DNA of 63,875 nucleotides, filler included, from Octopus bimaculoides (taxonomy: Eukaryota), in NCBI RefSeq assembly GCF_001194135.2. It is 5 parts of 4 records of this genome, joined end to end, with 100 filler letters (N's around TTAATTAATTAA, not from the genome) between each part and the next. Parts side by side here need not be neighbours in the genome. Positions count along the whole stretch, not along the records: positions 1 to 28,570 come from NC_068982.1; 4 more parts are not named here. One strand, 5' to 3'. Made by a program: the position numbers and the translations under genes. Positions 1 to 11,774 of the stretch are shown here, piece by piece. Position 1 is the stretch's first letter, and the number at the start of each line of letters is the position of its first letter. The notes beneath the pieces were generated by a model. It was given only the letters and a program-made list of their open reading frames with translations, had not been told where the DNA came from and did not search any database.

Positions 1-32
<32 letters not shown>

Positions 33-192
33 AGGGAGTCTGATTTTTGATGTGTATGGCTATATGAATTTAGGGAAAGGAAAACTAATGAAATGGCTTG
101 CTTCTTTTTGTTCTTGTTGTTGTTGTTGTTAAAGTTGCTATGTCTTGCAAACGGTCTGGAATATTATTGTAAAATCTTCCTTCTTTTTCTAG

Positions 193-281
193 TTATGCAG
201 AGTCTGTGGGTGCCAAACATTTCCATACTTCTGCCAAGCTGAACAAAGGGACTGAAGACCTCTTTTTAGACCTCAGCAAAT
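193..281 (+). CDS. RAB21: Rab21 GTPase, penultimate coding exon (YAESVGAKHFHTSAKLNKGTEDLFLDLSK)
   Basis: Polypyrimidine acceptor ttctttttctag at 181-192 and donor GTAGGT at 282. The translation matches the Rab21 G5 region as I recall it for human (YAESVGAKHYHTSAKQNKGIEELFLDLCK). The phase joins the next exon (T|GT = Cys). Confidence 0.93.
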
Positions 282-384
282 GTAGGTGACATGGTGTTCT
301 CTTTTTCATCTCCCCTCGACACTTTTGTTTGTGTGTGTGTGTCTGTGTGTTGTTACATGTAAAATATAAAAAATAAATGTTTCC

Positions 385-613
385 TTCTCGAGCCATGCCA
401 GGCTGGTTTCCCGGTTTCAGTGGCGTATATATTCCCCTCCTGGATGGGACGCCAGTCCATCGCAGGATTAACTCACTTTTGCCAGCTGAGTGGACTGGAG
501 CAACATGAAATGAAGTGTTTTGCTCAAGAACACAACGCATCACCTGACCCAGGAATCGAAACCACAATCTTACGATCAGGAGTCCAACACCCTAACCAAT
601 AATCCACACACCT
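385..613 (-). mobile_element. tRNA-derived SINE
   Basis: Minus strand has an A-box-like TGGTTAG and a B-box-like GGTTTCGATTCC, followed by a body ending GCGATGGACTGGCGTCCCATCCAGG that resembles V/CORE-type SINE bodies. Confidence 0.65.
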
Positions 614-659
614 CTAATGTGTGTTACATGTCAATACATTATAATACACACATAGCACC

Positions 660-660
<1 letters not shown>

Positions 661-691
<31 letters not shown>

Positions 692-905
692 CATGTCCAT
701 TTTCCATGCTGAACAGGATCTGGCCAGCTTCCCAGGCTCCATATTTGACAAGGTAGAATGAGCCAGAGGACTATGTCATGCCCCAAAGTCTGGTGTGGTT
801 TCTATGACTAGATGCCCTTCTTAATGCCAAACTCTTCACAGGGTGGGCCGGGTGCCATTTACTTGGTACCAGCACAGATCTTTTTCTGTGGCACCTGCAC
901 ATGTC
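661..905 (-). mobile_element. RTE LINE 3' UTR/tail fragment with (GAT)n tail
   Basis: Same motif set (TTAGGAAGGGCATCCAGC...CCATGCCAGCATGGAAA...(GAT)n) that terminates the RTE coding fragment at 16453-17714. Confidence 0.7.
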
Positions 906-1804
906 CTTTTTACATGACACTGGCACAATGCATATATATATGTATCTACATAGATAGGCGTGGCCATGTGGTAAGAAGCTTCCTTCCTAATCACATGGTT
1001 TCGGTTTCAGTCCCACTGCACAGCACCTTTGACAAACGTTCTCTATCACATCCCTAGCTGACCAAAGTCTTGAGAATGGATTTAGCTGACAGAACCTGAA
1101 AGAATCCCTTCATATGTGCATATGAGTGTGTGTTTATGTACATGTGTGATGTGTGTGTATATGTATGTATATATATATATATATTTGGAAATGGATGTGT
1201 GGCGTTCGATCATATAATAATATAAATAATGGTCAATGCAATGATCTCACGCTACACACCTCCCTTTCAAACACTGCTATCAACAGCAGAAGTGAACTAG
1301 AATGTTGAAACTTATTATGCATGCACAGCAGAGTTCAAGGTTAATCTGTGTGCTTTAGTGTTGTTACTCTGGCAACAGTCTGGATGCTTATTGATCAGAC
1401 CACGTATAAAGATATTTTGTTTTGAACAAGCTTTACATAGCAATTGAAAGTTCTGGTGAATTCTATCTGCAGAGTAATTACACATCAAAACAGAAGACTG
1501 GAATAATTTAGTCTTTTTTTTTTGTTTGTTGTTTGTGCCTTTGTCTTAACAGCCCGTGATGGTCATAAGTTAGCATCACCATCATACAAATGCCTTTTGT
1601 GTAAACCTGCCTAGGTATGGGGAAATATTATTACCTTACTTGGAAACAGGTGAGCTTTGGCAGCAGGAACAAAATCCAGCCATAGAAAGCCTGCCTCAAT
1701 ATATTCTATCTGACCCATGCAAGCATTGGAAAGTGGACATTAAAGCAATGATGATGGTCAATGTCGTTATGTAACTTCATTATTGTTGTTGTTATCCTTT
1801 TTGC

Positions 1805-2175
1805 TTGTTTGTCATAAGATTGTGGCCATGCTGGGGCTCTGCCTCCAAGAGTTTTCAGTTGAATGAATTGACACCAATTCCTTTTTTTTTTTATAAGCCT
1901 GATACTTATTCTATCAATTTCTTTTGCCCAACTGCTAAGTCACAGGGACATAAACAAACCAACACTAGTTGTCAAGTGGTAGTGGGGGACAAACACAGAC
2001 TCAAAGACACACACACACACGACAGGCTTCTTTCAGTTTCCGTCTATCAAATCGGCTCACAAGCCTTTGGTTGGCCCAAGGCAGAAGACGCTTATTTACC
2101 CATGGTGCCATGCAATGGGACTGAACCTGGAACTGTGTGATTGGGAAGCAAACTTTTTACCACACACCCATGCCT
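1805..2175 (-). mobile_element. CORE-like tRNA SINE (most abundant family in the window)
   Basis: Reverse complement of the family consensus GGTTCAGTCCCACTGCGTGGCACCTTGGGCAAGTGTCTTC...GACGGAAACTGAAAGAAGCCCGTCG-(TG)n...CCAGCATGGCCGCAGTCAAATGACTGAAACAA, seen more than 10 times here. Confidence 0.7.
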
Positions 2176-2243
2176 GCACGTATTGTTTTTTTTTTTTATT
2201 TTAGAGCTATTATTTATTTGTTTGTTTTTGGTCTTTCATGCAG

Positions 2244-2359
2244 GTATGATTGAAAAAGCTGACAGTAATTGTCAAAACAAAAGAGGAACAAACAACAGGA
2301 AGACTGTAATGGTTGTCGAAGATGAGCCGGCAGAGCGGAAGTCTAGTGGCTGCTGTTAA
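2244..2359 (+). CDS. RAB21: Rab21 terminal coding exon (MIEKADSNCQNKRGTNNRKTVMVVEDEPAERKSSGCC*)
   Basis: Acceptor gtctttcatgcag ending 2243; in frame with exon 193-281. VMVVEDEP parallels Rab21 VQIIDDEP. C-terminal CC prenylation motif, then TAA. Confidence 0.92.
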
Positions 2360-3200
2360 ATAAAAGAACAAAAAAAAAAAATGGAAAAAGAAAGAAAAAG
2401 TGTATATCTGGAGGTGTGTCCTGAGTTATGTTGCTGCTACTGCTGTTGTCGTTCTTTCAGGACGGATGAAGAAATAAAAAAAAAAAGGAAAGAAAAATGG
2501 AAAGTCTTGCAAAGAGGAAGAAACACAGGAAAAAATAAAATAAAATATATAAATTAATTAATTAAAAAAAAAAAAAAGACACTTTTCTCCCAGATTAAAT
2601 AACAATAATTATACTAATTAATTAATCTTGTTGATAGTGATGGTCTTTGAGACCAAGAAGACCTTCCGAACATGACCTTTTCATGGACTGTGTGATTTCT
2701 TCTTGGTTATATGGCATTAAAAGCTGCGGAACTTCTCTGTGGAAAATTCCCCCCACCCCCCACACTTAATGATGTCGGTAGCTCAGCATCAATGTTGTTG
2801 TTGTTGCTGGATCACCATGGAAACGCCATTCATTATATGCAAATTAATAATCCCTTTCTGAAGCCCGTTTATTATTATTATTATTAATAATTCCTCCCAA
2901 TTTAAACACTAACACACATACATAATGACACATATATACACACACATGCATTAATACACACACGCACACACCTCTGAACATGTCCAACAACAACAACAGA
3001 GTTGAAATCAGAATGCAGCATCATCATCATCAACAACAATAACACCACATCAATCCAAACTTGTTAAAGCAGTTTGGAGATTTGCTAAAATTTAATTAGG
3101 AGTGTGTACTCCTTCAATCAGTGTTTATGTGATATGAATAATAAAAAAATATTTTCTATTTATCTTAAATTATCAATTTTTTTTACCATATTTCTTTACT
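2360..3200 (+). other. Probable Rab21 3' UTR (end not determined)
   Basis: Non-repetitive A/T-rich sequence after the stop with several AATAAA hexamers (about 2359, 2478, 2535, 3141). The true cleavage site cannot be seen. Confidence 0.4.
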
Positions 3201-3554
3201 TTTCGTATTTTGCAAATATATTGTGCCTCTTCTTTGTTACTCTTCAGTTTAAAAACCCAAATTCCGACCTCCTCCTTGATTTAGCTAGAAGTGGTTACCT
3301 CCCTTGCAATAACTGCCGCCAGGGTGCACCACCTGTTTGAATTCCTCTGGTTGTGAATTCCGATTACAGAAATCCCTCAACTATCGTGGGTGTTAGGTTC
3401 CAAAACCTCCCACAGAAATAATTAAAATCTAAGAAATATAAATACCTATCAACCACAGAAACTCCGCAATATACTCAGGAGTGTGTAATAGGTGAGTCAC
3501 GCTATGGCGAGGGATTACTGTATATCCAGAGAAACTGATGGCGATATGTCATCA

Positions 3555-3722
3555 TCTTTTAACGTCCATTTTCTATGCTGGCATGGGTTGGACGGTTTGA
3601 CAGGAGCTGCACCAGGCTCCATTGTCTGTTTTTTGGCACGGTCTCTATGGCTGCGTGCCCTTCCTAATGACAACCAATTTACAGAGGGTACTGGGTGCTT
3701 TTTACGTGGCACCATCAAAAGT
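3555..3722 (-). mobile_element. RTE LINE 3' tail fragment
   Basis: Matches the RTE 3' UTR motifs on the minus strand. Confidence 0.7.
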
Positions 3723-3899
3723 AATGTCTCTCTTAACACATAACAAAGGATAAACTATTATCAACAATGGGAAGTATTCCTCCTGATATTTCTCCTCCTC
3801 AACCACACCCCCTACCCTTATCCATTGCTCACTGCATTCGCCTCTACCCACTCACTTTATGAAATGACCCACTTTCTTCCCTTTGGACCCTCTATTTAC

Positions 3900-4172
3900 T
3901 GGTTCGCACATTAAGGTCATGAGTTTGATTCTCAGTGAGGCATTGTGTCCTTAAGCAAGACTCTTTATTTCTCGTTGCTCCAGTCCACTCAACTGGCAAA
4001 GCATGAGTTGTACACTTTACGTAGTTCTCAGCATGACACAGAATGTGACAAGGCTGGCCCTCATTTAATTACAGGTACAAGTGTTCAGCCAGTTACACAT
4101 GAATCTCACAAGCCGGCTGTTCCATTTGCCAGATCCACTGGGACACTTGTCATCATAACCAACAGAGTGCCG
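3900..4172 (+). mobile_element. Old, degenerate copy related to the tRNA-Arg-like SINE family of 41349/54550/57428
   Basis: Shares GTAGTTCTC, GTGACAAGGCTGGCCC and GGCTGTTCC...AGAGTGCC blocks with the young copies. Confidence 0.5.
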
Positions 4173-4469
4173 GTCAGTTGTGACCTTGAGAATAAGCTCT
4201 GACACACCATCACCACAACAACTATCTTCTCTCCAGCTTCTCCCTCCCCCAACTCTATGTAATGTTGGGTAGCCATGTTATTTCCTCTGCAGCAAGACAT
4301 CTTAGCCTGTCCTTAGCATACTTTTAGCCTCTCAACATTTGGCACAAAATCTACCTCCCCACCTCAAATACACCCACACACACCCACACAAACTTTCTCC
4401 CCTTTCGTCTTGCAAGTTACTTGGCAACCTCACTTGTGCTGATGTCATGAAAAGAAAGCGCTCAGATGA

Positions 4470-4703
4470 GGTCTTATTTCTTTATTGCCCACGAGAAACT
4501 AAACATAGAGGGGATAAACAAGGACAGACAAAGGGATTAAGTCAATTACATCAACCCCAGTGCATAACTGGTACTTAATTTATCGAACCCGAAAGGATGA
4601 AAGGCAAAGTCGACCTCAGCGGAATTTGAACTCAGAACATAAAGACAGGCGAAATACCAATAAGCATTTCGCCCAGCATGCTAACGGTTCTGCCAGCTCG
4701 CCG
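4470..4703 (-). mobile_element. Meta-domain-like tRNA SINE
   Basis: Minus strand GGCGAGCTGGCAGAA...GAGTTCAAATTCCGC...GCCTTTCATCCTTTCGGGTTCGATAAATTAAGTACCAG; the central block resembles the MetaSINE/MESC domain. Confidence 0.7.
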
Positions 4704-4704
4704 A

Positions 4705-5105
4705 GATCTGATCAGAAAGTAGCGAGACTGGTGCCATAGAAACAAAACTGCAGCATGTATCCATTTGATGTTTGATCTCCTTCAAAGTAGTCCCTTTCTG
4801 AAGCCACACACTTTGTTCAGTGTTGTTTCCATTGATGCAAGCATTCCTGGAACTCCTTTTTGGGATTTGCGAGCAGCTGCCTCGTTGCAGTCTTTTGGAT
4901 TTCCTTGATGTCTTCAAATCTTGTTCCTTTCAAGTGGGATTTGATTTTTGCCTTGGTTCCAGGGTCACAGGTGTAGACCCACAATCCATCGCTTGTTAGG
5001 GCCGTTTTCAAAGAGTCTTCATCTTCCTCAACACAATCCAGGAGATCCTGAACAGCTGGAACTTGATCTTCTTCTTCTTGAGACAACCACACTCTACACA
5101 CTTTA
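4705..5105 (-). mobile_element. Internally deleted mariner transposase remnant
   Basis: ORF 4817-5101 joins a degenerate GDETWVYxYDPETK-like motif (SDGLWVYTCDPGTK) to the mariner C-terminus LKGTRFEDIKEIQK...EFQECLHQW. Confidence 0.75.
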
Positions 5106-5259
5106 GTTCAAAGCACTTCCATACACAACGGAAGAGAGCAAGAACATTATAACTTGCATAACAGAGTTCAATTTCAGTCTGTGCCAAATGGTTTCACTCT
5201 GTAATTTAGCTCCATTACCATAACAACTGTCCCAATACTTTTTGATCAGATCTCCTCGT

Positions 5260-5392
5260 ATTGTAAAATGACTGGTATTAGGAAGGACATCCAGCTGTAG
5301 AACCGATGCTAAAACAAAGACACTGAAGCCTAGTGCATTCATCCTGTCCAGCCCTTTCCAGCATGGGAAGTGGACATAAAGTAATGATTTTG
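5260..5392 (+). mobile_element. RTE LINE 3' tail fragment
   Basis: TTAGGAAGGACATCCAGCTGTAG...CCAGCATGGGAAGTGGACATAAA. Confidence 0.65.
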
Positions 5393-6039
5393 TATACAGG
5401 CACTTGTGTGGCTGTGTGGCAAAAAATTTGCTTCCCAAAATTAAGTACCAGTTGCGTACTAATTGACTTCCTCCACCCCACCCCATCAAAATTTAGGGCC
5501 TTGTGCCTACAGTAGGGAAGAATAAATTGGTTATGTTTCTACAATAAAGCACAAAATATTTTAATAATTTGTTTTCATACAATTCCTATTATATTCTAAA
5601 AATATAATGGGATTTTTAAACATCAGATTGTTATGTGGGTCCAATCGAGCTAAACAGGAACCGAAGGGGTCTAGCGTTAAAAAAATGGTTGAGAACTATT
5701 TGTCTGTCATGAACCATTTTACCAAATTGGTGTTTATTTCTGACTGAATTATCTCCCTTGCCATGAATATGTCTGCTTTGTCCTTCACATCTAATGAAGC
5801 AAGGAAATAGATTTTCATCTATTTTTATTTATATTGCAGTTTGCGAACAATAGCAAGTGTACATGTGTAGTTAAAAAGTTCATTTCTCGATCATGTTTTT
5901 GGGTTCAATTCCACCACACAGAACCTTGGACAAGTATTTTTTTTACTCTAGTGTCAGATCAACCAAAGGTTTGTGAATGTATTTGGTAGATGGAAACTGA
6001 AAGAAGCTTCCCATGTAGTTAGATATATAATGTTGAGCC

Positions 6040-7195
6040 TCCGTTTACGAATTTAATTCATTCCTGAAGGCTATTCATGTCATAGGAGAGAAATGTGTCC
6101 GCATGGCTGATGGTGCCCTTGCACTTAATGATCCTGCAAAGAAAGAGGGCTTGGAAACCCCATTAGGAAAGACTATTGAATGTGGAAAACGAATGGAGAA
6201 GGAGTGTCTGCCAACTGTTGACCCAACTGAGGGAGCAGCTATCTGAAACAACAGTAGGTTAGTAGATAAAGCAATTAAGGACATGAAGACAGGGAAAGCC
6301 CCCAGCCCATCAGGAATCTCCCCTCAGATGCTTAAAATATCTGATGGAGTAAGATATAGTCTAGTCTTCATCATAGTTAATCAGGTTGTCCTCGAAGGAG
6401 TCATAGCCAACGATTTGTATAGCAGCATCATCGTCAAGTGCCACAAAGGCAAAGGTGATGCCTTAGACAGGAATAATTACAGAGGGCATCAAGCTGCTGG
6501 ACCAGGGGATGGAAGTTACAGAAAGGGTCATAGCTCAATTAATTATGAAGAGAGTTAATGTAGATGACATGCAGTCGGGATTTGTGCCAGACTGGAGCAC
6601 AACTGATACTATATTCCTGATTGGGCAACTTCAGGAAAAATATCTGGCCAAAAATAAACCTCTGTATCTGGCTTTTGTCGACATTGAGAAGGCCTTTGAC
6701 AGGGTCCTCCACTCCCTTAACTGGTGGTCAATGCGGGAGCTAGGGATAGATGAGTGGTTGGTGAGAGTTGTACAGGGACGCTGTCAGTAAGGTGAAGGTT
6801 AGCAATGAGTATAGTGAGGAATTCAGGGTACAAGTAGGGGTTCACCAAAGATCAGTTCTCAGCCCCCTCTTGTTCATCCGAGTTCTCCAGGCTATAACAT
6901 GAATTTAAGATGGGCTGTCCCTGAGAGCTCCTCTATGCTGATAACCTTGTTCTTATAGCTGAATCACTACAAGAACTAAAAAAGAAATTCCAGGCATGAA
7001 AGCAAGGTGTAGAATCAAAGGACCTTAGAGATAATCTAGCAAAAACAAAGTCTCAGTAAGGAGGAGAGCAAACAGCTCACAAATCCCTTCAGGTAGATGA
7101 TCTTGCTTGATCTGTAGAAATGGCACAGGTAGAAACTGCATACAATGTACCTGGTGTGAGTTATGGACACATAAGTGCCAGGTGGCTGCGCCAGG
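6040..7195 (+). mobile_element. RTE-clade LINE reverse transcriptase fragment, frameshifted
   Basis: KTGKAPSPSGI, KGKGDALDRNNYRG, QSGFVP, LAFVDIEKAFDRV, degenerate GVHQGSVLSP and YADN (YADD) motifs, then a C-terminal Cys motif. Confidence 0.9.
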
Positions 7196-7957
7196 TTCCA
7201 TTGTCTGTTTTCTCATAGTTTCTATAGCTGTTGAAGAAATATGTTTAAAGAATTCTTGTGAGTGTATAGATTTGCAAACTGATAAAACCCAAGTTGATGG
7301 AGAAAATGGAAGACAAGCAAAATGTTGAGAATTTGATTCCTTATATTTAGATTTCTTTGGGAAATGGTTTTGACATCACTGGATAGAAAGACATTCGCAT
7401 ATCTGGTATCGAGAGGTTTCTTAAAACACACACACACACATTCATACACACACATACACTTAAACAAAGACAAACACATGCATACATTGACACATACTGA
7501 CACATACACACACACACACACATACACACACACATGCACACACAACAGCACACACATACACACACATTGATTAAGCACACACACACACACACAATCATTC
7601 ATACAGAGATACACTCACACACAAAATAGCACACACATACGCATTCACACTCACATGTACACACACAGTCACATGAAAACAGGCAGATGCACACGTACAT
7701 ACACAGACTCACACATGCACACATGCATCCATGCACCCACCTACCCCACACACCCACATACACTCAGAGTCTCATTAGATAAAATAAACAAGACAAAAGC
7801 AGAAAAAATAAAAAATAAAAAAGAATTTTTATCAATCAATTTGTTATCAAATTAATGTATTAACTCATTATCAAAGCTTTAAGCAAATTGAAATTAAAGT
7901 AACTATACACACACACATGCATACATGTATCCTCATTATCATCATACATATATATAT

Positions 7958-8009
<52 letters not shown>

Positions 8010-8464
8010 NNNNNNNNNNNNNNNNNNNNNNNNNNNNNNNNNNNNNNNNNNNNNNNNNNNNNNNNNNNNNNNNNNNNNNNNNNNNNNNNNNNNNNNNNNN
8101 NNNNNNNNNNNNNNNNNNNNNNNNNNNNNNNNNNNNNNNNNNNNNNNNNNNNNNNNNNNNNNNNNNNNNNNNNNNNNNNNNNNNNNNNNNNNNNNNNNNN
8201 NNNNNNNNNNNNNNNNNNNNNNNNNNNNNNNNNNNNNNNNNNNNNNNNNNNNNNNNNNNNNNNNNNNNNNNNNNNNNNNNNNNNNNNNNNNNNNNNNNNN
8301 NNNNNNNNNNNNNNNNNNNNNNNNNNNNNNNNNNNNNNNNNNNNNNNNNNNNNNNNNNNNNNNNNNNNNNNNNNNNNNNNNNNNNNNNNNNNNNNNNNNN
8401 NNNNNNNNNNNNNNNNNNNNNNNNNNNNNNNNNNNNNNNNNNNNNNNNNNNNNNNNATATATAT

Positions 8465-8922
8465 AGGTGCAGGAGTGGCTGTGTGGTAGTAGCTTGCTTC
8501 CCAACCACATGGTTCCAGGTTCAGTCTCACTGCATGGCACTTTGGGCAAGTATCTTCTACTATAGCCTTGGGCTGACCAAAGCCTTATGAGTTGATTTGG
8601 TAGATTGAAACTGAAACAACTCACTGTATGGGTGTGTGTGTTAGTGTTTGTCTACCCCCAACCCCCACCTCACTGCTTCACAACCGTTGTTAGTGTATTT
8701 ATGTCCATGTAACTTGGTGGTTCAGTAAATGAGACAAATAGAATAAGTAACAGGCTTAAAAAAAAAAAAACATGAGTATTGGGGTTGATTCGTTCAACTA
8801 AAANNNNNNNNNNAAAACATGAGTATTGGGGTTGATTTGTTCAACTAAAATTCTTCAAAGTGGTGCCCCAGCATGGCTGCAGTTCGATGACTGAAACAAG
8901 TAGAAGAATAAAAGAAGAAAAA
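8465..8922 (+). mobile_element. CORE-like tRNA SINE, near full length
   Basis: Head GCAGGAGTGGCTGTGTGGTAG, CORE-like CTTTGGGCAAG, internal (TG)n, tail CCAGCATGGCTGCAG...GACTGAAACAAG. Confidence 0.75.
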
Positions 8923-9207
8923 AAGGAAAGAAAAACTCCACAGAGTCGACCTCAGCAGGATTTGAACTCAGGACTCATAACCAAAAATTCTGCAAGTAAA
9001 TCCATCAGTTTGGAATTATAGAATCGTTGGGAGGAAAAATGAAGAAATCCAGAAAAATCTTTTGGTTTCAGACAATGACATTGTAAATGAGATGTGCCAA
9101 CTGTCTCGACCAATTTAATTACTACATCGTTAAGTTAATTAATATACTTATTGCATTTATTACCAGAATCAAAACAGTCAAAGATTTCAAGAATTTATAT
9201 GTAAGAA

Positions 9208-9595
9208 GGTGCAGACATGGCTGTGTGGTAAGAAGTTTTCCCTCCAAACACATGGTTCTGAGTTCAATCTCACCGTGTGGCATCTTGGGCAAGTGTCTTC
9301 TTGTATAGCCTTGGGCTGACCAAAGCTTTAAAAGTGGATCTGGTAGACGGAAACTGAAAGAAGCTCATCACGTGTGTGTATGTGTGTACCACCACCACCA
9401 CCACCACTTGACAACCGGTGTTGGTGTGTTTATGTCCCCATAACTAAATGGTTCGGCAAAAGAGACCAATAGAACAAGCGCCAGACTTTAAGAAAAATAA
9501 TTCCTGGCGGTGATTCATTTCACAAAAAATTCTCTAAGGCAGTGCCCCAGCATGGCCACCGTTCAGTGACTGAAACAAGTAAAAGATTAAAAAAA
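9208..9595 (+). mobile_element. CORE-like tRNA SINE, near full length
   Basis: Same head, body and tail blocks as 8465-8922. Confidence 0.75.
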
Positions 9596-9789
9596 AGTAG
9601 AAAAATCTCTTGTAGTATTTTTTGGTATTTAATGGAAGAAGTTGGCAGTGAATTTGAGGGAAAGTTGCATTTAGTGATAATCAATTGAAACAAAAGTGTT
9701 TGATATTAGTTTCTTCCGAAGTAGCACACGACCAGTGGCAGCACGCAGCAGTGGAATGTGTTTGGAATCAGGAATCATGTTCTTTCCAG

Positions 9790-9963
9790 TCAGGCATGGA
9801 TTCTTTCTTTCTTTCTTTCTCGCTTTTTGGTAAATGTTGTCTCAAACGAACTTGAGATGTCTTTTTTTTTGTATTTTTTGTCTACGTCCACCATGTCGAC
9901 TGTTACAATGTGACATCCGTCTCTAAAGGGGTTTGGTAACTCTACATCATCTGCACCTGAGCA
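9790..9963 (-). CDS. Candidate terminal coding exon of an unidentified gene (CSGADDVELPNPFRDGCHIVTVDMVDVDKKYKKKDISSSFETTFTKKRERKKERIHA*)
   Basis: 174-nt open frame of non-repetitive sequence after a CAG (weak pyrimidine tract). Downstream on the minus strand are an ATTAAA and a T-rich stretch. No family recognised. Confidence 0.3.
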   Translation of the reverse strand, partial: CSGADDVELPNPFRDGCHIVTVDMVDVDKKYKKKDISSSFETTFTKKRERKKERIHA

Positions 9964-9994
9964 CTGTATACAATGAGTTCGTTATATATCATCC

Positions 9995-10162
9995 TTGTTG
10001 GTGTTGTTGTTGTAGTCATCATCATCATCATCATCATCATTCTCACTGTTGTCATTATTATCATTATTCTCATCCCCACCACCACAGCCATCATCATCAT
10101 CATCATCACTACCATTGTTGTCATCATCATCATCATCATCATGATCATCACTACCATCGTCG

Positions 10163-10195
<33 letters not shown>

Positions 10196-10215
10196 CCACT
10201 ACCATCAACGTCATC
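9995..10215. repeat. Imperfect (CAT)n trinucleotide microsatellite
   Basis: Direct inspection. Confidence 0.95.
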
Positions 10216-10284
10216 GACCATAGGCATGTGAGTGGATTTGGTAGACAGAAACAGAAAGAAGCTTGTTGTATATATAGAGATATG

Positions 10285-10637
10285 ATGCTGGTGCCATGTG
10301 GTCGATGCCAGTGCCGCCTGACTGGCTCCCGTGCCGGTGGCACAAAAAGCTCCATCCAAACATGGTTGATGCCAGTCCCCCGCCCGACTGGCACATGAAA
10401 AGCACCATCTGAATGTGGCTGATGCCAGTACTGCCTGACTGGCTCTCCTGCCGGTGGCACGTAAAAAGCACCCACTACACTCTCGGAGTGGTTGGCATTA
10501 GGAAGGACATCCAGCTGTAGAAACATTGCCAGATCAGATTGGAGCCTAGTGCAGCTATCTGGTTCGCCAGTCCCCAGTTAAACCGTCCAACCCATGCCGG
10601 CATGGAAAGTGGACGTTAAATGATGATGATGATGATA
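10285..10637 (+). mobile_element. RTE LINE 3' UTR with three hairpin subrepeats and (GAT)n tail
   Basis: GCCAGT-N8/9-ACTGGC units, then GTGGTTGGCATTAGGAAGGACATCCAGC...GGACGTTAAATGATGATG. Confidence 0.8.
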
Positions 10638-11379
10638 TCTGTGAGTGTATCATTCTTTGTGTCTGTGTATTCCCTCACCACCACTGGACAACTGGTGTTG
10701 GTGTGTTTACATCCCATAACTTAGCAGTTCAGCAAAAGAGACTGTTCATTAGAAGAAGTACCAGGCTTAAAAGAAAATACGTACTGGGGTCAATTCACTC
10801 GACTAAATTTCTTCATGGCCTCAGTGTAATGACTGAAACAAGTAAAAGACAATAGGTAAAAGCGTGGACTCTTTAGACATAAGAAAGCCTAGCTGTGAAA
10901 GAATTTATAAGAATGTAAATGCTTTCTTTGATTTTTATGAGTGAAAAAAGAAGGTGTGGGGGTGGGGTTCTTCTGATGAACTATTTCATGATTTATTGAT
11001 CACTTCTCCTGGCTTCCTTCCTCAATCAATAACATAGAATATTCAGTTTCTATATAAAGCAGCCAAAGATTAAGCTATCACCATAGTGGGCGGCTTCATT
11101 TGCATATTTATGCTTTGATGCTTCATCATTAACTAAACGATATGTATTTTATGCACCACATGGCATGGATCAGAGGAATGGAAATAACTTTAAATATAAG
11201 AAATATAATCTACGTGGAAGATACATTCTAGCCATTCAAAGAACAGAAACTCTTAAATTAGACATTATTTGCTATCGAAATTTTCAGCACCATTAACTGT
11301 GACCTGTTCACTACAACAACTGTTCCATGAAAAATACATTTCTGAAATAAATTACACACACACACACACACAGAGCTAC

Positions 11380-11735
11380 CAATCATATGGTTCCAGGTTC
11401 AGTCCCACTGTGTGGCACCTTGGGCAAGTGTCTTCTACTGTAGCCTCAGGCCAACCAAAGCCTTGTGAGTGGATTTGGTAGACGGAAACTGACAGAAGCC
11501 CGTTGTATGTGTGTATGTGTGTGTGTGTTTGTGTGTGTGCGCATGTGTGTATGTTTGTGTGTCTGTCCCCCCACCTCCCAAAAAAATCGCTTGACAACCA
11601 ATGATGGTGTGTTTACGTCCCCGTAACTTAGCGGTTCGGCAAAAGAGACCGAAAGGATAAGTACTAGGCTTACAAAGAATAAGACCGGTGCTCCAGCATG
11701 GCCACAGTCAAATGACGGAAACAAATAAAAGAATA
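11380..11735 (+). mobile_element. CORE-like tRNA SINE, relatively young (CpGs retained)
   Basis: Close to the family consensus from GGTTCCAGGTTCAGTCCC to CCAGCATGGCCACAGTCAAATGAC. Confidence 0.8.
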
Positions 11736-11774
11736 AAAAAATAAAATAAATGTGTGTGTGTGTGTGTGTGTATA

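Noticed and set aside
11088-11299. Plus-strand open frame of about 70 codons and an ATTTGCAT octamer
   Set aside because: No recognisable protein or clear splice sites; single octamers are common.
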